Made by a program: the position numbers and the translations under genes. This document shows, one piece after another, positions 40,891-49,832 of a stretch of DNA of 64,000 bases. The notes beneath the pieces are model-generated. The model ran no database searches, was not told the origin of the DNA, and saw only the letters and a program-made list of their open reading frames with translations. Every line of letters begins with the position of its first letter. Within the stretch, counting starts at the first letter, position 1. Origin of the DNA: Spirochaetia bacterium. Lineage in GTDB: Bacteria > Spirochaetota > Spirochaetia > UBA9216. The DNA lies in contig OY776510.1 in the NCBI GenBank assembly GCA_963675665.1, forward strand, positions 512,001 to 576,000, read 5' to 3'.

Positions 40891-41724
40891 ATGACGGAAG
40901 AAGAACTTTTAAATGTAGAAAAACTCAAAGCAGAGATAAAGAGATTAAAGGGTATAAAAAAGACCCTGCGACGCAATTTTCAGGATATGGTAGGACTGCT
41001 GACCACGACTATTTCACAGTCAAATAATTTTCTCGGCGGTCATATAAAAAGAACCGCAGTGCTTGCAAAAGCATTTGCGGAATATATGAGATATGACAAA
41101 GACACTATATATCGAATCTATTACGGGGCGCTGCTTCACGACCTGGGAATGGTAGGCCTTCCGGAAAAGCTGATTATTTCTCCGGCAGAATCGCTTTCGG
41201 AAGCGGAAACTGAACTTTTCAGACGTCACACGCTTATCGGCGAAAAAATGATCTCTTCAGCCTATGACTTGCGCCAGACAGCAAAGATTATCCGAAGTCA
41301 CCACGAAGAATTCAGTGGCGACGGTTTTCCCGACGGTCTTGCCGGCTCGGAAATACCTCTGGGAGCAAGAATAACAAGGCTATCAAACGATTACGACAAT
41401 TTCATATATAAAAACAAGATTCAGGCGACCGAAGCTGTTAAACGCCTTAAAGAAAGATCAGGCTATATTTACGACCCAAAATTATGTACGTATTTTATCA
41501 AATTCATTAAAACCAATGTTGAAAAACATGATAATGCATCCGAATCCACCGGAATACTGCTCCGTGATCTTAAAAAAGGAATGTATATCTCGGAAGATAT
41601 ATGCCTTCAGAACGGAATGCTACTTATTCCGAAGGGAGTAATTCTGGACAGTTCGATGCTGGATAAAATCAATTCGTTTGAATCACTGCTTGAAATGGAC
41701 CGTATTGTTTCAGTAGTCGGTTGA
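40891..41724 (+). CDS. HD-GYP domain protein
   Basis: LLHDLG, HHE-FSGDGFPDGL and IPLGARI motifs. Confidence 0.85.
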   Translation: MTEEELLNVEKLKAEIKRLKGIKKTLRRNFQDMVGLLTTTISQSNNFLGGHIKRTAVLAKAFAEYMRYDKDTIYRIYYGALLHDLGMVGLPEKLIISPAESLSEAETELFRRHTLIGEKMISSAYDLRQTAKIIRSHHEEFSGDGFPDGLAGSEIPLGARITRLSNDYDNFIYKNKIQATEAVKRLKERSGYIYDPKLCTYFIKFIKTNVEKHDNASESTGILLRDLKKGMYISEDICLQNGMLLIPKGVILDSSMLDKINSFESLLEMDRIVSVVG

Positions 41725-41808
41725 TTACCAAATATGGGAACCTCTGATATGATGTGACCCATGTCAAGTTAAAATATCCAGGTTTTATCTATAAGATCCC
41801 CCCCCTGT

Positions 41809-42007
41809 CCAGGACAGGAAGAAAGATAGAACAACGTTTATGCGGCGATAGACCACTCTGATATTCGCGGATTGGTTACCGCAGGTCAATGGGATCGTCG
41901 GGAGCTGCCTCTGTCTAAAACCGAGGATCAATATTATTATTGCCTCATAGAGGTGCCGAGGGTTCTCCTTTATCACTGTTGTTGTTCTATCCATCCTTCT
42001 GTCCTGG
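41809..42007 (-). ncRNA. Putative bridge/seek RNA of the IS110 element
   Basis: Nested inverted repeats enclose two loops carrying ACCTCT and GGTTTTAGA (target) and ATTG and ATATCAGA (donor). Ends are approximate. Confidence 0.75.
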
Positions 42008-42031
42008 TAGCTTATTAACCAACTATCGAAG

Positions 42032-43135
42032 TCATGCGACTTCTGTTCTACCTACCATCATTCCCCAAATAAATCCTGATAATTCTCTGGCAACTGCCGT
42101 AACAGTTTTCTGAGGGCATACCCCTCTACGAATCATCCTGAAATATTTCTTACTCAACCTTCTGCCGGCTTTATCAGCATAAGCTATTGTTTCAGCAGAT
42201 TGTCCTTTCCTTCTCGCTGTCAGTCGTTTCGATGGCGAATACCTTTGGTAATGCCAGCTTGATTCCACTAACAGCCGTCGTAGCCTGGAGTTGCCGGCCT
42301 TCGTAATCCCGCCAAGCTTCCGGCCCTCTCCGCTTGAGTATTCTGACGGCACAAGTCCAAGATACGCCATGAAGGATTCCGCTTTTTTAAATCTTCTGAA
42401 ATCTCCTATCTCGCATACAAATGTTAATGCTGTTAATGTCTCTATACCTTTGAAACATCGAAGCCGGGATACCCTTTCTTTATATCTGTCTTCAGCAGCA
42501 ATCTCTTCTATTTTTTCCTGCAACCGTTCAATCTTTTCCTCTAATTCCACAATCGCAAGATAATATTCTTTTAAAACTTCTTTATGCATTACCTGTTCAA
42601 ACTGCAAGTTTTTCAACCAGGTTCGATGCGCCCCTGTCCAGTACTTTTTCCCAATATCATATTTCTTCCCGTTCCTTAGCAGAAACTGTAAGAGCCTCTG
42701 TTTCTGTTTCCTCAAATCAATTTTCATATCGTTACACATCCTCATGTAATCACGAACTGATTCATCTGTGCGTGTCGGTATATTCACCGGTGTTATTTCC
42801 TGATTCCTTAATGCTCTGGCTAATTTGACTGCATCCCTCTTGTCTGTCTTTATTCGGTCTCCGGGTTTCCTCGGCAATAATGATGGTGCTGCTACGTAAC
42901 AGATAATTCCCATATCTTCAAGTAATCTATAAAGTGTAAATCCTGTAGGGCCTGCTTCGTAACAACACAGAATATTTTCTCCATTCTCTTTAAGTCGCTT
43001 GAAGAATCTTTTAATATTTCCGGGTTCGTTCCTGAGCTCTCTTTCAAACTCAGGATTCTGATAATTATCTCTGAATACCGCTACTGCGATTGATTCCTTG
43101 TGGACATCCATCCCTACATAAATTACACTATTCAT
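42032..43135 (-). CDS. IS110 family recombinase/transposase
   Basis: DEDD domain (VGMDVHK, YEAG, KTDKRDA) and GLVPSEYSSG...ITKAGN. GGAGG RBS. Confidence 0.96.
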   Translation of the reverse strand: MNSVIYVGMDVHKESIAVAVFRDNYQNPEFERELRNEPGNIKRFFKRLKENGENILCCYEAGPTGFTLYRLLEDMGIICYVAAPSLLPRKPGDRIKTDKRDAVKLARALRNQEITPVNIPTRTDESVRDYMRMCNDMKIDLRKQKQRLLQFLLRNGKKYDIGKKYWTGAHRTWLKNLQFEQVMHKEVLKEYYLAIVELEEKIERLQEKIEEIAAEDRYKERVSRLRCFKGIETLTALTFVCEIGDFRRFKKAESFMAYLGLVPSEYSSGEGRKLGGITKAGNSRLRRLLVESSWHYQRYSPSKRLTARRKGQSAETIAYADKAGRRLSKKYFRMIRRGVCPQKTVTAVARELSGFIWGMMVGRTEVA

Positions 43136-43236
43136 AGTGGCCTCCGTTCCTTTGTATGTGGCGTGTCTGCGCTTTGCCATTAGCCATTGTGTAGGCTAAT
43201 CCACGATTTTGCAAACACGGCGGTCACTTCATATTG

Positions 43237-43276
43237 TCTAAAACCCCCAATTTAGGGTTTTTAGAGGTCTCCATAT
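43237..43276. repeat. Right part of the REP-like palindrome interrupted by the IS (left part at 41732-41745)
   Basis: ATATGGGAACCTCT plus AAAACCCCCAATTTAGGGTTTTTAGAGGTCTCCATAT forms an imperfect hairpin of about 22 bp. Confidence 0.8.
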
Positions 43277-43314
43277 ATTATTAATTCGATATAATAAAAA
43301 AAAGGATTTTGACA

Positions 43315-45084
43315 ATGTTGTGCGAAATATGTGAATTTGAATGTGATATTCCTGAAAAAGGTACCGGAAAATGCGGAATGTATGAAATAAGAAATGGAGT
43401 CATACAGGAGAGATATCCTGATATGTATCTTATTTCAGTACCCGCCCCAATTGAAGCAATGCCTTTGCTGCATTATTATCCTAATACAAAATTCCTGCAG
43501 GTATGTACTATCGGTTGTAATTTCCGTTGCACCGGATGCGTTTCGTGGCTGTTAACGGAAAATGCCGAATCCATTGATGGAGTAATTGAGACAATAAGTC
43601 CTGATCAACTTATAAAGAAAGCTCTTGATCAGGGATGCTCCGGAATAATGTTCTGCTTTAATGAACCGGCGGTTTCCTTCTTCACTTTTAAGAGAACGGC
43701 AAAACTTGCAAGAGAAAAAGGCCTTTTCACAGGATGCGCTACAAACGGTTATTTTACGGAAAAATCTTTCGTGGAGCTTCTTGAGTATATTGATTTCATT
43801 AACATCGGGTTAAAAGGACATTCGGATAAAGCTTATAGAATTCACGGGGCCTTATCATATAAGCCCATATACCGGAACCTTGAGCTCAGTATAAAAAGCA
43901 AAGTTCATACCGAGGTTTCCCTGGTATATATAAAGGGAATGGAAGATGAAGTCATTGAAACAGTAAAACATATTGCTTCCATATCAAAAGAGACTCCTGT
44001 ACAGCTTATGCGATTTCTGCCCCTTTGCGACACTGATTATGATGACGAGCCTTCAATTAAAGAAGCAGAAATACTTTGTGACGAATTAAGGAAACTACTT
44101 GATTTTGTGTATCTGTTTAATTCCCCCGGCACCGAGTATCTAAACAGTGATTGTCTCCGTTGCGGCAAGCCGGTAATAAGAAGGGGGTTCAACGGCCCCA
44201 TGAACTCAAACGTGACTGAGACCCGGGAAGAAGCGATCTGTGAATGCGGTTACGGCCTGCCGATTAAGGGACAAATCTGCAAGGATAACGGACTGGAGGC
44301 CCTGGGGTTTTCCGGCGGATACAAGAATATAATGGCCCTTGAATTTATTCGGATAATTCTGGCGTTTCTGGGAGAGAACAACAGCAGTACGATAAGCAGG
44401 GTTCTGCTTGAAATAATCAAAACCGATTATATTAAAGACCTGTATTCCAGAATGAAAAAACCGGGAACATATCTCGATACAGTAGATCATTATGCAAGGC
44501 TGGCAGGCAGAGAAAAGGAAGCAGGGAATTTAAGAGCTTTTATTGAAGAAAATGTTGCGGAAATATCTGCTCAGGTTTTAAAAGCAGAAAATCCCCGTGT
44601 ATTTTTTGCTCTTAATCATCCCCTTATAGCTGTTTTCGGGGATAAATTTGACTGCAACCTTGTCGAGATTGCCGGAGGATACAACCTGAACAAGGACATA
44701 AAGCGCGAAGAAATACCGGGAGTGATGATTCCTGTTGAGACGCTAAATAAACTCAACCCCGAAATAATACTGGTATCCGGATCAAACGGGTATCCCGCTT
44801 CGGACGTTTATTCGTTCTATATTGACAAGGGAATGACAGCGGATGCAGTAAAAAACAAAAGAATATACAATGTTCACCCCTATAATACATCGGCTTCCCC
44901 TGACTGGATATTGGGATTAATGTATATTGCCAATATCATTCATCCTGAAATATTCAGTTTCGATCTCGAAAAAACAGCAGATCAGCTTTATCAACAACTT
45001 TTCGGAATCAATTATGATACATTGAACCATAACAGAAGCTTTGACGTATTACGCCTGGAAAGAATAAAAGCGGTACAAAAATAA
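43315..45084 (+). CDS. AmmeMemoRadiSam/PflA-like radical SAM enzyme fused to a periplasmic-binding-protein-like C-terminal domain
   Basis: CEICEFEC...GKCG, GCNFRCTGC, FNEP and TNGY motifs. C-terminal EIAGG...LNPEIIL...AVKNKRIY...ANIIHPEIF. Confidence 0.82.
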   Translation: MLCEICEFECDIPEKGTGKCGMYEIRNGVIQERYPDMYLISVPAPIEAMPLLHYYPNTKFLQVCTIGCNFRCTGCVSWLLTENAESIDGVIETISPDQLIKKALDQGCSGIMFCFNEPAVSFFTFKRTAKLAREKGLFTGCATNGYFTEKSFVELLEYIDFINIGLKGHSDKAYRIHGALSYKPIYRNLELSIKSKVHTEVSLVYIKGMEDEVIETVKHIASISKETPVQLMRFLPLCDTDYDDEPSIKEAEILCDELRKLLDFVYLFNSPGTEYLNSDCLRCGKPVIRRGFNGPMNSNVTETREEAICECGYGLPIKGQICKDNGLEALGFSGGYKNIMALEFIRIILAFLGENNSSTISRVLLEIIKTDYIKDLYSRMKKPGTYLDTVDHYARLAGREKEAGNLRAFIEENVAEISAQVLKAENPRVFFALNHPLIAVFGDKFDCNLVEIAGGYNLNKDIKREEIPGVMIPVETLNKLNPEIILVSGSNGYPASDVYSFYIDKGMTADAVKNKRIYNVHPYNTSASPDWILGLMYIANIIHPEIFSFDLEKTADQLYQQLFGINYDTLNHNRSFDVLRLERIKAVQK

Positions 45085-45097
45085 AAGGAAATCAAGA

Positions 45098-45733
45098 ATG
45101 AAGAAGCAAATGGAAAAATTCAATAAAAAAACAGGCACGGATTTCGACAAGATCTCAAAAACAGTTTTTGCCCCTATATACCCGGTAATTGTCGACCAAT
45201 TGGTAGAACGATGTGAAATCAGCAGGGGAGTTTGCATAGACATCGGAAGCGGAACGGGGCAGCTCGGCATGGCGCTGGCAAAAGCCTACGCTTTTAAGGT
45301 TTACGGCCTTGATTTTTCAGAAGAAATTAACACCATAGCCCTTGAAAATATAAAATCTGAAGGGCTGGAAGGCCGGATGTTGCCGACGTATGGCAGTGTA
45401 GATAAGATTCCTTTCGATGATAATTTTGCGGATATAATAATAAGCCGAGGCTCCCTGTTTTTCTGGAATGATATCGATAAAGCTTTTAAAGAAATTTACA
45501 GGGTATTAAAACCGGGCGGAAAAACATATATTGGCGGCGGCTTCGGAAACGCCGGGCTGCGCGAACAAATTACTGCGGAAATGCGAAAAAAGGATCCCGA
45601 CTGGGAATGCCAGGGCAGCAGGCCGGAGGGGAAAAGCAAGGTGGAAGAATCACGAAAGGCACTGGATAAAATGGATCTGGATTATAAAGTAGTAGATGAT
45701 GAAACCGGTCTGTGGTTTATGATAAGAAAATAA
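45098..45733 (+). CDS. Class I SAM-dependent methyltransferase
   Basis: IDIGSGTG, ISRGSLFFW and IYRVLKPGG motifs. Confidence 0.9.
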   Translation: MKKQMEKFNKKTGTDFDKISKTVFAPIYPVIVDQLVERCEISRGVCIDIGSGTGQLGMALAKAYAFKVYGLDFSEEINTIALENIKSEGLEGRMLPTYGSVDKIPFDDNFADIIISRGSLFFWNDIDKAFKEIYRVLKPGGKTYIGGGFGNAGLREQITAEMRKKDPDWECQGSRPEGKSKVEESRKALDKMDLDYKVVDDETGLWFMIRK

Positions 45734-45739
45734 AACAAT

Positions 45740-46534
45740 TCAGTTCATCAATTTTGGTACACAGAGTTTCAGCTCGCGGTTTGTATCGGGCTCATCCACG
45801 GTCAAAAGACTTACCTCCATATCATAAACCTCAGACAGAGAACTGTCCGTCATCACCTCGGACGGTCTTCCCGTATCAATAAACCGACCGTTTTTCATTA
45901 AAGCAACACGGCTGGAGTAAAGCAGGGCATGATCCGGATAGTGAGAAGTCATCAAGACGGTAATCCCCTGCCGGGCCAGTTGATTAACAATCTGCAGGAT
46001 ATTTGTCTGGTTTTTAAAATCAAGATGTGACGTCGGTTCATCCAGCAGTATTACCTCAGGTTCCTGTGTAAGGGTTCTGGCGATAAGAACCAACTGCCTT
46101 TCTCCTCCGCTGATCTGGGTATATCGATGGTCGCGGTAGTGATACATGCCGACCCTTTCGAGGGCTTCTTCAGCAATTTCAATATCTTCCTGTGAGGGTG
46201 TGGAAAAAAGTTTTAAATGAGGCGCTCTTCCCATAGATACTACATCTATTACTGAGTATGGAAAAGGTGCGCTATGTTCCTGAAAAATATATCCAATCTT
46301 GCGGGCTATTTCAGTTATACTCATACAGGAGATATTGTTACCGTCCAGCATAACTTCACCTGTTTTAAGCTTTAGAGTACCGTTAATACAATTGAGCAAT
46401 GTTGTTTTGCCGCTTCCGTTGGAACCCAAAAGACAGAAGATTTCTCCGGAAGATACGCTCAACTCAAGATTACTGAAAATATTTTTTTCATCATAGCTGA
46501 AAGAGGCATTTTTCAATGCAATTTTAGCTTCCAT
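45740..46534 (-). CDS. Fe-siderophore/cobalamin-type ABC ATPase
   Basis: GSNGSGKTT, ISGGERQ and LDEPTSHLD motifs. Confidence 0.92.
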   Translation of the reverse strand: MEAKIALKNASFSYDEKNIFSNLELSVSSGEIFCLLGSNGSGKTTLLNCINGTLKLKTGEVMLDGNNISCMSITEIARKIGYIFQEHSAPFPYSVIDVVSMGRAPHLKLFSTPSQEDIEIAEEALERVGMYHYRDHRYTQISGGERQLVLIARTLTQEPEVILLDEPTSHLDFKNQTNILQIVNQLARQGITVLMTSHYPDHALLYSSRVALMKNGRFIDTGRPSEVMTDSSLSEVYDMEVSLLTVDEPDTNRELKLCVPKLMN

Positions 46535-46535
46535 T

Positions 46536-47555
46536 TTATCCTGCGCCCCCTTTTGTCTTCCGTAGTATATAGGCAAAATACGGCGCTCCGACAATTGCGG
46601 TCAGTATTCCCAGCGGGATTTCCGCCGCCATCACGGTTCTTGCCAGATCATCAATAAACAGAAGATAAGCGCCGCCGAGAACCAGGGATGCAGGAAGCAG
46701 AACCCGGTGATCCGGCCCAACCAGCATTCGGGCCACATGCGGCATAATCAGCCCTACCCAGCCGATAATGCCGCTGACACATACCGCTGAAGCAGAAACT
46801 ACACTGGAACAGATTATTATAACGCCCTTGATAATTTCTGTATTGATTCCAAGGGCGCGGGCTTCCCTGTCCCCCATCGAAAGGATATTTATCCGCCATC
46901 TTAAAAGTAGAAGTCCGGTTGAACCCAGGAACATCGGCGGGGTTACGGTTATCAAGTCCTTGAAAGAGCTGCCGCTGAGACTTCCCATAAGCCAGAAAAC
47001 AATAGCCGGCAGTTTTTCATGCGGATCAGCAACATATTTTGTAAGTGAAATAAATGCTGAAAAGAGCGCTGTAACAATTGTACCGGCAAGCACCAGCATA
47101 AGCGTTGGGGTAGTTTTATATATACGGCTTACAGAGTATGTAATCGCTACCGCTGCCAGGCCGAACAGCATTGCGAGTCCCTGGATAATAAACCCGCTGC
47201 CGGAAAGCAGGATTCCCAAAGCCGCCCCGAACCCGGCCCCTGCGCAGACACCCAGAATATGGGGACTGACCAGAGGATTCTGGAACATTCCCTGAAAAGA
47301 TGCGCCGCTGATTGAAAGACCTGCTCCTACAAAAAGCGCCAGAATTATCCGCGGCAGGCGGACCTTGAAGATAACTGTTTCTACCGTATCCGCCCAACAG
47401 GGTTCAATAGGGAATATTTTTGAAGCGATAACCTTGATAACCGTCAGAGGAGTTATCGGGTACCGCCCCCAAAAAAGAGAAACAAAAAAAAGAAGCAGGG
47501 GTAATAAAATGAAAAATACTATATTTTTCCTGGACATACAGTTTCTCTGCTTCAC
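46536..47555 (-). CDS. FecCD/BtuC-family ABC permease
   Basis: RLPRI, FQNPLVSP, FWLMGSL and GWVGLIMPH motifs. Confidence 0.92.
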   Translation of the reverse strand: MKQRNCMSRKNIVFFILLPLLLFFVSLFWGRYPITPLTVIKVIASKIFPIEPCWADTVETVIFKVRLPRIILALFVGAGLSISGASFQGMFQNPLVSPHILGVCAGAGFGAALGILLSGSGFIIQGLAMLFGLAAVAITYSVSRIYKTTPTLMLVLAGTIVTALFSAFISLTKYVADPHEKLPAIVFWLMGSLSGSSFKDLITVTPPMFLGSTGLLLLRWRINILSMGDREARALGINTEIIKGVIIICSSVVSASAVCVSGIIGWVGLIMPHVARMLVGPDHRVLLPASLVLGGAYLLFIDDLARTVMAAEIPLGILTAIVGAPYFAYILRKTKGGAG

Positions 47556-48433
47556 CTGACAATCCCGGATGATAAAAATCTTTCCCGCATTCCATCCAGA
47601 CTGTTTTTATTTTTTTCAGCTGAATAAATCGTCGAGAAAAAAGGACTGAAACCGTTAGCTCCCGCCCTGAGCCCCCAGGGAGCAGTATCGGGAGAAACAA
47701 ACAAATCTACATCCGTCATATATATCCTGGTAATAGCGATTATCTTCGACCATTCATAAATATTCGGCGGGGTTATTCTTTCAAGATCGGTATTGGCTCT
47801 CGGCTGAAACATTTGAATCGTAACTGATGATACGCCGAGACTTTTCATCAATTCCAGACCATAAATTATATCATCCTGTGTTTCTCCCAAACCTGTAATA
47901 AAGCTGCTCCAGGTTTTCATTCCCAGATCACGGGCGTTCTTCAGAGTTTCAAGCCTTGCCACAAAATTATCGCCGGGCCTTATCTCCTTAAAAATCTTTA
48001 TATTCGGCATTTCGATACCGCACCAATAACCTTCCATACCGCAGCTTCTCAGCAACTCAAGAGTTTTCCTGCTTAACGGACCAAAGAACCCGTAAACCTC
48101 AAAATTTGCAGTATCTTTTATCAGTTTCAGGTAATCATAAAAATAATCAGGAAGCTCATATCCCATCCATCCCGAAACCATATGTACCCTGTGAATTCCC
48201 TGCTTATTTCCATTCAGAACTCTCTCAATGATGTTTTCTTTTGGATTTATTCTGTTATATTCATCATCCAATGGAGACAGGGATTTCCATGTACAATGCC
48301 GACAGAGCGGTTTGATATTGCAAACGGTTGTAACCGGCATTGGAGAACAGTATACAGTTTCCTTTTTCTCAGCTACTTCTCTTGCCCTTTTAAAAAGAGA
48401 ATCGGCATCTTCTTGAAACAGACTCTTTAGCAT
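47552..48433 (-). CDS. BioB/HcgA-like radical SAM protein with CX5CX2C motif
   Basis: TTVCNIKPLCRHC, GIE...FKEIRPG, ITGLGET and GLRAGAN motifs. Start moved to MLKSL. Confidence 0.8.
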   Translation of the reverse strand: MLKSLFQEDADSLFKRAREVAEKKETVYCSPMPVTTVCNIKPLCRHCTWKSLSPLDDEYNRINPKENIIERVLNGNKQGIHRVHMVSGWMGYELPDYFYDYLKLIKDTANFEVYGFFGPLSRKTLELLRSCGMEGYWCGIEMPNIKIFKEIRPGDNFVARLETLKNARDLGMKTWSSFITGLGETQDDIIYGLELMKSLGVSSVTIQMFQPRANTDLERITPPNIYEWSKIIAITRIYMTDVDLFVSPDTAPWGLRAGANGFSPFFSTIYSAEKNKNSLDGMRERFLSSGIVR

Positions 48434-48469
48434 ATCGTATTCAATCCTTAAAAATTTAACTTTCAAACA

Positions 48470-48502
48470 ACTCACCGGGGTAAGACTGGTTACCCGGTGA
48501 GT
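48470..48502 (-). other. Intercistronic stem-loop after the binding-protein gene
   Basis: ACTCACCGGGGTAA...TTACCCGGTGAGT. Confidence 0.6.
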
Positions 48503-48511
48503 AATCCGTTG

Positions 48512-49648
48512 TTATACTGTTGTTTCCGGCCCCAGGTGCTTCAGGATCCTGTCAGTTTCCTCATCACTGAGTTTGTAATTGTAAAACCTGGAATAGAATT
48601 CCTGTATCTCTTTTTCAATATTTAGATCTTTAAACTTATCCGGGTGAAGAATCTTGGCCATCCACATCACCTCAAGAATCACTTCTGAACCGGCGTCCCA
48701 GAAAAAAGCTCCCATCGGAGTTACATAAATTTCTCCGTTTTTTACAGCGCTTACTTTATCGAACCTGCCGTCTTCCTCGATTAGTGATATAAATGATTCA
48801 AGAGGTGATTCCGAGCTTTCTCCGGAATGCTCCAGAATAATAACTTCGGGATCCCATTTCATGAAATCTTCGTAATTAACATCTGCCGGCCATGTACCGG
48901 GCAGCTCCTTATGAACACAGAGGCCTCCCGCTTTATCTATCAAACTGGGAGTATTTGAATACTTTGTCTGAGCTTTCATCAAAGATCCATGGGCGCAATA
49001 CACCCGGGGCCTTTCACTATTCGGAATCTGTTCGGTAACAGTAGTAATCATTGCCAGTTTCTCATCGAAATAATCACAATATTCCCGGCCGATTTTTATC
49101 TCTGCTTCACCCAGAGTTTCCGCATATACCATAACCTGATCTTTCATATTAGCCAGGTCCTGTACGGCATCTTCCCCGGGATAAACACCAACTACTGATA
49201 TGCCGATGTTCTGCATTTCTTCAACGGCATCGACATTCGTCCAGAAGAAAACAACATCCGGATCAATTTTTAAAAGTTCTTCAACATTTACCTGTTTTGC
49301 TTTCGCGATTGTTGTAGGAACTTCATCTATTCGTGAACACATTACACTCAACCATGGCCAGTAAGTTTTGTGAAATCCCGAACAAAGAACTATCTTGTCC
49401 TCAGCCCCCAGCAGCGCAACCTTTTCATATGCACAGCCGTAAAGGGCTGCAACCCTGTCTACTTCATAGGGGATGGTGAGAATATCACCGTCGAGATTTG
49501 TAACTTCTCTGGTTGTCGGTAACTGCTCTTCCTCTGCCGCCGGAGCTGAAGCCGGGGCTTCTTCTTTGGCACTGCAGCCAAGGATTGTATTTATAATTAG
49601 AACAGATATGATGATTATTAAACATGATTTATTATTTCTTTTAAACAT
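48512..49648 (-). CDS. Fe/B12-type ABC substrate-binding lipoprotein
   Basis: Lipobox ILGC, NVEELLKIDPDVV, AVKNGEIY and MAKILHPDKF. GGAG RBS before MFKRN. Confidence 0.9.
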   Translation of the reverse strand: MFKRNNKSCLIIIISVLIINTILGCSAKEEAPASAPAAEEEQLPTTREVTNLDGDILTIPYEVDRVAALYGCAYEKVALLGAEDKIVLCSGFHKTYWPWLSVMCSRIDEVPTTIAKAKQVNVEELLKIDPDVVFFWTNVDAVEEMQNIGISVVGVYPGEDAVQDLANMKDQVMVYAETLGEAEIKIGREYCDYFDEKLAMITTVTEQIPNSERPRVYCAHGSLMKAQTKYSNTPSLIDKAGGLCVHKELPGTWPADVNYEDFMKWDPEVIILEHSGESSESPLESFISLIEEDGRFDKVSAVKNGEIYVTPMGAFFWDAGSEVILEVMWMAKILHPDKFKDLNIEKEIQEFYSRFYNYKLSDEETDRILKHLGPETTV

Positions 49649-49832
49649 TATCTTCACTCCATAATTTCCTGATATAAAAATAAAAAACATTTCTTTTTCT
49701 GCCTGAGGGTTTTAGATCAACCCACCCTAATCCGTCACCGGAAAAAAATGAGACAGTGAATAAAGAACAGAGACAATTCGATATAATATGGATAAAAAAT
49801 AATGACTAAGAGCTGTCTATATACATTCAGAA

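Larger units (their letters stand above)
41743..43239 (-). mobile_element. IS110-family insertion sequence (IS1111-like layout)
   Basis: TCT core at 41743-41745 and 43237-43239. Subterminal IRs ATATGATGTGACC (41747-41759) and GGTCACTTCATAT (43222-43234) match 12/13. The flanks rejoin into one palindrome. Confidence 0.9.

Noticed and set aside
41785-41994. 69-aa minus-strand ORF in the IS right end
   Set aside because: Coincides with the structured bridge-RNA region and is better explained as ncRNA, though translation is not strictly excluded.
43257-43276. GTTTTTAGAG resembling the start of a type II CRISPR repeat
   Set aside because: Single arm of a palindrome, with no repeat-spacer periodicity and no cas genes. 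No CRISPR array was seen in the window.
47552-48433. Calling this gene bioB
   Set aside because: The motif is CX5CX2C, there are no bio genes nearby, and the operon is under a Moco-type RNA.
49708-49716. GGTTTTAGA identical to the bridge-RNA right target guide
   Set aside because: The other half reads TGATCT rather than ACCTCT, and one 9-mer match in 64 kb is plausible by chance.
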